A stretch of DNA of 7,215 nucleotides from Nitrososphaerota archaeon (GCA_013378385.1 JACAFS010000047.1:1-7215), one strand, 5' to 3'. Shown: positions 1 to 5,698, counted from the stretch's first letter. Notes: generated by a model from the sequence alone, not told the origin. Numbers and translations: made by a program.

Positions 1-60
1 ACTATTTAAAACAAGAATCGGTTACAGAATAGATTTCAATAAACGAGAATTTACACAATA

Positions 61-69
61 TTTATTATA
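61..69 (+). promoter_or_regulatory. Putative archaeal-type TATA box (TTTATTATA) for the Hsp70 gene
   Basis: TTTATTATA ends 26 nt before the only plausible start codon (TTG at 96). The TATA-like boxes upstream of rbcL and tal have the same geometry. No Shine-Dalgarno motif lies between it and the start, consistent with a leaderless or near-leaderless transcript. Confidence 0.4.
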
Positions 70-95
70 GATAACTAAAAAAAATATAGTATATA

Positions 96-1904
96 TTGGA
101 AAAAAATAACAAAGAAATTGAGAATAAAGACGGATATATACTTGGAATAGATTTAGGTACAACAAATTCCGCCGCTGCGGTATATCACAATGATGAAATA
201 AAGGTGATAAAAAGTTCAGACAATAAAATGTCTGATTCGGTAGAGAAAATGTTTCCTTCAATTGTCTATATTAATAAAAAATCGGATGAGATTCTAGTAG
301 GAATAGAAGCGAAAAAGAAGTATGTAAGCAATCCTCAAAATACAATTCTTGAGATAAAAAGAAAGATGGGAACCAAGGAAACAGTAGAAGTTGATGGTGA
401 TAAATATACACCAGAACAAATTTCTTCATACATACTTAAAAAAATAAAAACTGAATCTGAAGAATTCTTGAATGAAAAAGAGATAACTGATGCGATAATA
501 ACAGTTCCAGCATATTTTAATGATGCACAAAGACAATCAACAATAGATGCTGGTAGATTAGCAGGATTAAACGTAATACGAATTGTTAATGAACCAACTG
601 CAGCTTGTTTGGCTTATGGATTAGACAAGATTACACATAAAGACAAAATGAATATCATGGTCTTTACATTTGGTGGAGGAACGCACGATGTAACTACTAT
701 GCTATTAGAAAATGATAAATTCAAAGTAATTGCGACAAGTGGAGATACAAATACAGGAGGAACGGATATTGATCAAGTAATTGTAAATCGACTTAAAGAA
801 TTGATAAAAGAAAAATACAACAAAGATGTTGATGATCCTTCTGTAGAAGCAAGATTGAAACTTGCTGCAGAAGAAGCAAAGATTCATTTATCATATCATT
901 TAGCAGCAGATATTGAAATGGGAAATATATTTCCCGATGATAATTCAACTTTTGAATATACGTTATCTCAGGAAGAATTGGAACAACTATCCATGTCAGT
1001 AGTCAAACGTGTTGAAGGCACAATAAAAACAGTATTATTTGATTCAAGGTTAGGAACTAAAGATATTGATAGATTAATATTGATTGGAGGACAAACGCGT
1101 ATGCCACTTGTAAGAAGAACAGTAGAAGACTACATGCAAACTGCTGCGGAAGAAGGATTAGATCCAATGGCTTGTGTTGCAAATGGTGCTGCAATCAATG
1201 CTGCAATACTACAAGGAAAAATATCATATGAAATGGTAGACGTAACTCCATTGACTTTAGGCGTGGGTACAGCTCCAGGAACTGTACAGAGATTAATTAG
1301 ACGAAATAGTCCTATTCCAATTTCCAGGCAACAGATTTTCACTACGTCAAAAGATAATCAAAAATCAGTAGCTGTAAAAATAGTTCAAGGAGAAAGAATA
1401 ATGACAGCAGACAATACTTTGATAGGAAATTTTACGTTATCAGGAATACCAGAGAGAGAAAGAGGAGTTCCTCAGATAATGGTAAACTTTGATATGGATG
1501 AAAATGGAGTTCTTAATGTTTCTGCAAGAGAGACTTCAAGTGGCGTATCGAAAGAAATAACGATAGAAAACCGCCTGGATGTAAAAGAAACATCGGTTCA
1601 AGAAGCTATGGATGATGCAGACAAATATGCGTATGACGATAGTAAGAAAAAGAATACAATAGAGTTACTTAAGACTGCAGATATGGCAGTCTATCGAGGA
1701 CACAAGGTACAAAAACAATTAATTATACCCAAGATGGATTCGCGAAAACTCAATGTAAAGATGGAGGAAGTTACGAAACTTGCAAAAATGGAGATAATTG
1801 AGAATAATGACAAGAAATTCGCGGAATTACGTAGATTGATTATTGATATTAATGATATTGTAGATCAATTAAAAGAAATATATTCAGTAACAGAAGGATT
1901 ATAG
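96..1904 (+). CDS. dnaK: Hsp70/DnaK-family molecular chaperone (divergent, stand-alone)
   Basis: 602-aa ORF with Hsp70 signatures along its full length: ILGIDLGTTNS (phosphate-1), ITVPAYFNDAQRQSTIDAGRLAGL, RIVNEPTAACLAYGLDK, GGGTHDV (phosphate-2), LIGGQTRMPLV, DVTPLTLG and a conserved beta-sandwich substrate-binding region (IVQGER...GVPQIMVNFDMDENGVLNVSA). An in-frame TAG at 87-89 closes the frame upstream, and there is no in-frame ATG before the ILGIDLG motif. TTG at 96 is therefore the only conventional start, and the start is uncertain. Confidence 0.9.
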   Translation: MEKNNKEIENKDGYILGIDLGTTNSAAAVYHNDEIKVIKSSDNKMSDSVEKMFPSIVYINKKSDEILVGIEAKKKYVSNPQNTILEIKRKMGTKETVEVDGDKYTPEQISSYILKKIKTESEEFLNEKEITDAIITVPAYFNDAQRQSTIDAGRLAGLNVIRIVNEPTAACLAYGLDKITHKDKMNIMVFTFGGGTHDVTTMLLENDKFKVIATSGDTNTGGTDIDQVIVNRLKELIKEKYNKDVDDPSVEARLKLAAEEAKIHLSYHLAADIEMGNIFPDDNSTFEYTLSQEELEQLSMSVVKRVEGTIKTVLFDSRLGTKDIDRLILIGGQTRMPLVRRTVEDYMQTAAEEGLDPMACVANGAAINAAILQGKISYEMVDVTPLTLGVGTAPGTVQRLIRRNSPIPISRQQIFTTSKDNQKSVAVKIVQGERIMTADNTLIGNFTLSGIPERERGVPQIMVNFDMDENGVLNVSARETSSGVSKEITIENRLDVKETSVQEAMDDADKYAYDDSKKKNTIELLKTADMAVYRGHKVQKQLIIPKMDSRKLNVKMEEVTKLAKMEIIENNDKKFAELRRLIIDINDIVDQLKEIYSVTEGL

Positions 1905-1909
1905 TTTTT

Positions 1910-1945
1910 AAAAAAAAATTACTGGGTGAGTTTTATACTCACCAG
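1910..1945 (-). terminator. Hairpin plus T9 tract, putative terminator of the rbcL-orf175 unit
   Basis: Arms 1922-1931 (CTGGGTGAGT) and 1937-1945 (ACTCACCAG) form a 9-bp stem with one bulged G on the + strand and a 5-nt loop. It is GC-rich relative to its surroundings. Read on the minus strand the hairpin is followed by TAA and then T9 (A9 at 1910-1918 on the + strand). It lies 45 nt downstream of the orf175 stop. Confidence 0.5.
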
Positions 1946-1946
1946 C

Positions 1947-1966
1947 AACATTGTTAAAATGTTTTT
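1947..1966 (+). terminator. Weak hairpin plus T5 tract, putative terminator of the Hsp70 gene
   Basis: AACATT (1947-1952) and AATGTT (1958-1963) form a 6-bp AT-rich stem with a 5-nt loop that runs into TTTTT (1962-1966) on the + strand. A second T5 (1905-1909) directly follows the dnaK stop codon. Oligo-T alone is sufficient for archaeal termination. Confidence 0.3.
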
Positions 1967-1989
1967 CGAGTAGAATTAATAGAATATAA

Positions 1990-2517
1990 TTACTTTAATT
2001 CGTTAATTATATCTTTAACTCGACTTGCTTCCCATTTTACTAGTTCGATGTCTTGTTTTGTATAGTAATTACTGTTGTTTCTTAAACCAGCAGTAATCGA
2101 TACATAACGATCATAATAATGCTTTGATGCAACATCTTGATTACTTTTCTCAAGTTTGATTAAAGCGAGCTTACGATCATAATGACCAAGAATTGGGCGT
2201 TCTGGCATTTCTCTGTCATGTTCATTTCTTCCACCATGTTGGGACTTGACGTTGTTGTTATGTAACAAAACATCAATTGCCTGATACAGAGCAGTCCATG
2301 CTTTTTCAGCTGCGTTCTTATAGTCTAACCAGCCAGTAGGTCCTCCACGAGAATATGTGTATGATCTACCTTCATATTCTGTTTTAGAAACATCTGCTTT
2401 GTCTAGTAATGAATCGACTTCTTTAAGAATTTCTTCTGAATTACTCAAAAGTTGATCATACGGAATGGAATAATCCTGCGTATTTTCAACTTTATTTGGA
2501 TGTGTTAGAAAAGTCAT
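1990..2517 (-). CDS. Hypothetical protein, 175 aa, translationally coupled to rbcL; family not recognised (possibly a HEPN/PaREP1-like helical fold)
   Basis: ATG-initiated ORF that fills the whole space between rbcL and the terminator. Its ATG (2517-2515) lies 2 nt after the rbcL stop (TAG, 2522-2520). AAGGAG (2533-2528) has 10 nt of spacing to the ATG. Composition matches the neighbouring genes and the sequence looks predominantly helical. I cannot assign a family with confidence. Confidence 0.7.
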   Translation of the reverse strand: MTFLTHPNKVENTQDYSIPYDQLLSNSEEILKEVDSLLDKADVSKTEYEGRSYTYSRGGPTGWLDYKNAAEKAWTALYQAIDVLLHNNNVKSQHGGRNEHDREMPERPILGHYDRKLALIKLEKSNQDVASKHYYDRYVSITAGLRNNSNYYTKQDIELVKWEASRVKDIINELK

Positions 2518-2519
2518 TT

Positions 2520-3911
2520 CTATTTCTCTCCTTCACCTAATTCAGGAACGACAGATTCTTCAGATGCAACCGCGTATTTGTTACCAAATGCTTGAATAGT
2601 ACCTGCAAGTTCTTCGTGTGTCTTAGCATATTCTTCGACTGGAATTGATTGCATGTAAGCATCAACAGCTTGTCGTGCGCCAATTGCGCCTCCTTTGGTT
2701 CCCCAAGGATGGCCATGAATTCCTCCTCCATTCTGAAGTTGGATATCATTACCCATTAAATCGATTGAGAAATGGTAATTTTGAGGTGTTAATCCACCTG
2801 AACAGATTCCCATCATTGGTTTAATGTGTTCTAATGGATCCTGGATCTTATTCATAATCTGAGGAATTTCAGTGAATTTATTCGCATCACCGAGTTTACC
2901 CCGTGCAGTTCCAACATGAACCATATCACCACCTGCAATTCTTGCAATGAAGTCAGTGACTGGAAGATTAATTCCATGTCTTGGATGACGTGTAAGTGCT
3001 GCATGTGATGCACGATGTAAGTGAATTGGAACATTGATACTAGCATCTTCTGCAAGAGCACGAAGTGCAGGGTACCATGTACACATAAAGTTTAACATCA
3101 TTCCTCGAGCGCCATGTGCAATCATTCGATCTGCAGTTTCCAAGGTAGTTTCCAAGTCAGTAGTGACTTGTGGAACATAAAACATCTCACCTTCAGGATG
3201 ATGTCCTTCAGATTTAGCTTTATCAAGTGCTTCATAAATCTTTGTAATTCGATCCATTAAAGGAGAACACCATTGATTATGATAAGTCTCATCATCTTTG
3301 TAAGTGTCAAAATCACCACAAGCTGCATCATAGAATTGATCAGCTGCGCCTTGATCTGTAACACCCATTTTAGGTTTCAATGTAGCACCAAGATGAGGTC
3401 TTCTTGTCTCTGTTGTACCACAGATTTTTCTCATACCTTCAGTACCAAATTGAGGGCCTTTGAAGAGTTTGAGAATACTCTTAGGTAATTCTAGGTCAAC
3501 CCATTTACAATTAGGAATTGGAGTGAATCCCATCCAATTTCCTGTAATAAATGTAAAGAGGTCAGGGATACCACGATTATCTATATCTAGTAGATAAAGC
3601 GGGTATGCAACTTTGACTAAACCTGAATGTTTAGCAGATCCACTTGGATCTTCATACTCCCAGGAGAATACTTTAGCAGCAGTTTTGTGTGCTAAATCAG
3701 TTGCTGTAGAAACGTCAGTAAAAGTACCTACGGATTGTTCGGCAGCAATAATTACACCGGCGTGATCGATAGTCATTCTAGGATCACAAGTGATGAAATA
3801 TGTTGCGACAACGTACTTGTCTGGATCTATTTGATCAGGGGTTGTTTGAAATACACTACTTTCACTGTGTTCAACAGTTGGTGTATTCCATTGTCTTTTA
3901 ATTTCTGGCAT
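2520..3911 (-). CDS. rbcL: Ribulose-1,5-bisphosphate carboxylase/oxygenase large subunit, archaeal form III-type (bona fide carboxylase type, not a RuBisCO-like protein)
   Basis: All diagnostic RuBisCO motifs are present: AAEQSVGTFT (E60/T65 region), ITGNWMGF (N123), TLKPKMG (K175/K177), GDFDTYKDDE (carbamylated K201, D203, E204), IHLHRASHAA (H294/R295/H298), VHVGTARGKLG (H327/K334), CSGGL (S379-G381), GGGIHGHPWG (G403/G404). The C-terminal IPVEEYAKTHEELA closely resembles my recollection of Thermococcus form III RbcL (IPLDEYAKTHKELA). The ORF track starts at TTG 3920 (MIKM...). I prefer ATG at 3911 (MPEIK...) because the TTG lies inside a T9 tract only 19 nt from the TATA box. Confidence 0.93.
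   Translation of the reverse strand: MPEIKRQWNTPTVEHSESSVFQTTPDQIDPDKYVVATYFITCDPRMTIDHAGVIIAAEQSVGTFTDVSTATDLAHKTAAKVFSWEYEDPSGSAKHSGLVKVAYPLYLLDIDNRGIPDLFTFITGNWMGFTPIPNCKWVDLELPKSILKLFKGPQFGTEGMRKICGTTETRRPHLGATLKPKMGVTDQGAADQFYDAACGDFDTYKDDETYHNQWCSPLMDRITKIYEALDKAKSEGHHPEGEMFYVPQVTTDLETTLETADRMIAHGARGMMLNFMCTWYPALRALAEDASINVPIHLHRASHAALTRHPRHGINLPVTDFIARIAGGDMVHVGTARGKLGDANKFTEIPQIMNKIQDPLEHIKPMMGICSGGLTPQNYHFSIDLMGNDIQLQNGGGIHGHPWGTKGGAIGARQAVDAYMQSIPVEEYAKTHEELAGTIQAFGNKYAVASEESVVPELGEGEK
2528..2533 (-). promoter_or_regulatory. Shine-Dalgarno-like ribosome-binding site (AAGGAG) for orf175, embedded in the last codons of rbcL
   Basis: The minus strand reads GGTGAAGGAGAGAAATAGAAATG: AAGGAG, 10 nt of spacing, then ATG. 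The spacing is the same as for the GAGGA motif upstream of the second ATG of the SDR gene. Confidence 0.55.
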
Positions 3912-3939
3912 CTTAATCAAAAAAAAATGTGCTTTGGGA

Positions 3940-3947
3940 TATTTATA
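3940..3947 (-). promoter_or_regulatory. Putative archaeal-type TATA box (TATAAATA on the minus strand) for rbcL
   Basis: The minus strand reads ...AACGTATAAATATCCCAAAGCACATTTTTTTTTGATTAAGATG. The box ends 28 nt before ATG 3911, which predicts a transcript start a few nt upstream of the ATG. No SD motif is present. Confidence 0.45.
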
Positions 3948-3981
3948 CGTTTATGGAATTCATATTATAGATAATTAGAGA

Positions 3982-4941
3982 TTATTTTTTTGAATAATAA
4001 CTAATAAGGTTTTCGACGCCGGCTTCCAAATCATATTTATTTTTGAAATTTAATTTGTCTTCTGCGGCACTCATATCGAATGGGAACTTCTTTGAACCAG
4101 GTTTAGAAGTATCAACATGAATTTTTGATACGTCGCCTTTTTTACCTAAAATATCTCTTACATCAGATAATCCGGATATTGTTCCGGAACCTGCATTAAA
4201 TATTTCGTGTTTGAGATTTGGAGAAGTTAAAGCTGCATAATGCTCTTCTGCTAAATCATAAAGGTAAGTCCATTGTGCGACTTGTTCTTCAACAGTGATT
4301 TCTTGGTCATTAAGAAAAGCATCTACCATTTCGCCAACTGATCTACCTCTTCCCATTTCTCCAGGCCAAGGTCCGTAAACATGTGCCATTCGGATAGAAG
4401 CAAATTCTATTCCGTAAGCTTTTGCATAATTAAATCCTTGATACTCACAAGCGACTTTACCAGAGGCATAAATGTCACTGCTATCAAAAGGTACTACAGC
4501 ATCTGTTTCTTTAATGAATGTTCCGTCAGGAGGATGAACTTTGTTTGCAAGATATACAGAACCAGTACTAGTGTAAATAACTCTTTTAACGCCGAGTTTA
4601 CGTGCAGCTTCTAGAACATTAGAGGTACCCATGGTATGAACACGAATTCCTGTTTCAGAGTTATTTGCATAATCATGATTTCTACATTGAGTGGCACGAG
4701 GTCCAGCAGTATGAATGATATGATCGATATTATTATCTTTGATAACAGATTCGAGTTTTGCAGAATCTAATATATCGCCTTTGTGCATCTCGACTTTATC
4801 AATATCCACAATTTTAGAAATAGCGTCAGTTTGACGGCATGTACCGTATAATGAGGTATCAACATTTTTATCAATCAGAACTTTTGAGATATGTGCACCC
4901 ATTCCGCCTGTACCAGTTATAAGAACTTTCATTTTCAACAT
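3982..4941 (-). CDS. NAD(P)-dependent epimerase/dehydratase, extended short-chain dehydrogenase/reductase (SDR) family; substrate unknown
   Basis: Rossmann motif VLITGTGGMGAH (TGxxGxxG), HTAG, NVLEAARKLGVKRVIYTSTGSVY (catalytic Ser region), catalytic YASGK (YxxxK) and HVYGPW. ATG 4941 lies 5 nt after the tal stop. The GAGGA motif (4947-4943) is only 1 nt from that ATG but 10 nt from the second ATG at 4932 (MKVLITG...), so 4932 may be the true start. Confidence 0.85.
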   Translation of the reverse strand: MLKMKVLITGTGGMGAHISKVLIDKNVDTSLYGTCRQTDAISKIVDIDKVEMHKGDILDSAKLESVIKDNNIDHIIHTAGPRATQCRNHDYANNSETGIRVHTMGTSNVLEAARKLGVKRVIYTSTGSVYLANKVHPPDGTFIKETDAVVPFDSSDIYASGKVACEYQGFNYAKAYGIEFASIRMAHVYGPWPGEMGRGRSVGEMVDAFLNDQEITVEEQVAQWTYLYDLAEEHYAALTSPNLKHEIFNAGSGTISGLSDVRDILGKKGDVSKIHVDTSKPGSKKFPFDMSAAEDKLNFKNKYDLEAGVENLISYYSKK

Positions 4942-4942
4942 A

Positions 4943-4947
4943 TCCTC
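4943..4947 (-). promoter_or_regulatory. Shine-Dalgarno-like site (GAGGA) overlapping the tal stop codon, serving the SDR gene
   Basis: The minus strand reads TAGAGGATATGTTGAAAATG. GAGGA overlaps the TAG stop of tal and has 10 nt of spacing to ATG 4932. Confidence 0.45.
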
Positions 4948-5639
4948 TATTGTTGTAGTGTTTCGTCAGAACCTAAGTCAGACATGAATTGATCAAATCC
5001 AATCTTGGTTAATGGATGTTTAAACATCATATCTAGTACTTTGAATGGCATTGTAGCTAGAGGAGCCCCCATCATGGCAGCTTGCACTACATGAACAGGA
5101 TGTCGAATACTAGAAACTAGTGTGTCTGCTTTATTTGGAATGTGTTCCTCGTTATCTTTATAATTATTTCGAATTTGTTCAATTTCCTCTATAAGATGTA
5201 AATTACCATCAAGGCCAATATCATCTAGTCTTCCTATAAACGGACTAACAACTCGTGCTCCTGCTTTTGCAGCCAATAGATATTGAGTGGCAGAGAAAGT
5301 GAGAGTGACGTTACAATCAATTCCAGAGTCAAACAATTGTCGAACTGCTTTTAGTCCTGCCTTTGTATTTGCAACTTTAACATAGATTTTACTACTGTTT
5401 TTACCGTATGTGTTAACTAGGTCTTGACCTTCTTTAACAATCTTTGCGGTATCGTTCGTGGTAGTTTCTAAACTAACAGGTTTACCGTTACAGATTTCTA
5501 CGATTTCTGAATATAATTCATGGGTATCTTTACTTTCTTTTGCAACCAGAGTAGGGTTAGTTGTAACTCCGTCCAACATTCCCATATCTTTTGCTTCTTT
5601 GATTTGCTCAACATTTGCGGTATCTAAGAAAAATTTCAT
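4947..5639 (-). CDS. tal: Transaldolase, short TalB/Fsa-type (class I aldolase; fructose-6-phosphate aldolase activity not excluded)
   Basis: 230 aa. Family hallmarks of the ~220-aa transaldolase/FSA subfamily are present: MKFFLDTANVEQIKEA...GVTTNPTL, the Schiff-base lysine context IYVKVANT, NVTLTFS, VSPFIGRLDD, and SSIRHPVHVVQAAMMGAPLATMPFKVLDMMFKHPLT. Confidence 0.9.
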   Translation of the reverse strand: MKFFLDTANVEQIKEAKDMGMLDGVTTNPTLVAKESKDTHELYSEIVEICNGKPVSLETTTNDTAKIVKEGQDLVNTYGKNSSKIYVKVANTKAGLKAVRQLFDSGIDCNVTLTFSATQYLLAAKAGARVVSPFIGRLDDIGLDGNLHLIEEIEQIRNNYKDNEEHIPNKADTLVSSIRHPVHVVQAAMMGAPLATMPFKVLDMMFKHPLTKIGFDQFMSDLGSDETLQQ

Positions 5640-5668
5640 TTATTATCAATATTATAGAATTTGTTGCC

Positions 5669-5677
5669 ATAATAAAA
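5669..5677 (-). promoter_or_regulatory. Putative TATA-like box (TTTTATTAT on the minus strand) for the tal-SDR unit
   Basis: Located at -38..-30 relative to the tal ATG (5639), the same geometry as the rbcL and dnaK boxes. No SD motif precedes tal. Confidence 0.3.
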
Positions 5678-5690
5678 TCTTTCTTTTCGA

Positions 5691-5698
5691 TTTATATA
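5691..5698 (+). promoter_or_regulatory. Putative TATA box (TTTATATA) for transketolase
   Basis: TTTATATA ends 39 nt before the tkt ATG (5738). This predicts a short leader that would contain the purine-rich GAGAAAGGG (5721-5729), with 8 nt between it and the ATG. The box is nearly palindromic and sits in a 98-nt divergent intergenic region. Confidence 0.35.

Noticed and set aside
1-95. Possible end of an upstream gene or a small RNA in the first 95 nt
   Set aside because: There is too little sequence to judge. A frame-1 TAA at 7-9 could be the end of an upstream + strand gene, but nothing verifiable is present, and no tRNA-like or structured element is evident.
22-261. 79-aa minus-strand ORF overlapping the dnaK promoter and 5' end
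   Set aside because: It lies antisense to a strongly supported Hsp70 CDS. The sequence is low-complexity and rich in F, L, Y and I, typical of a shadow frame in AT-rich DNA, and it has no start signals.
705-1342. Minus-strand ORFs 705..887 (60 aa) and 1130..1342 (70 aa) inside dnaK
   Set aside because: They are antisense shadow ORFs within a conserved CDS, with no recognisable motifs or translation signals.
3918-3920. TTG at 3920 as the rbcL start (as in the ORF track, MIKMPEIK...)
   Set aside because: The TTG is part of the T9 tract and lies only 19 nt from the TATA-like box, probably upstream of or at the transcript start. The ATG three codons downstream (3911) fits the geometry seen at dnaK and tal. 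It is kept only as an alternative.
2520-3920. Possibility that the RuBisCO homolog is a form IV RuBisCO-like protein (non-carboxylating)
   Set aside because: The KPK, KDDE, HxHRAxH, GK (loop 6), SGG and GGG motifs are all retained. RLPs characteristically lose several of these.
2537-3974. ORFs 2537..2749 (-), 2852..3061 (-), 3273..3488 (+) and 3735..3974 (+) overlapping rbcL
   Set aside because: All are alternative-frame or antisense ORFs nested in the RuBisCO gene, whose own frame carries every catalytic motif. Their sequences are unremarkable and they lack independent signals.
4381-4614. 77-aa plus-strand ORF inside the SDR gene
   Set aside because: It is an antisense shadow of a well-supported SDR CDS.
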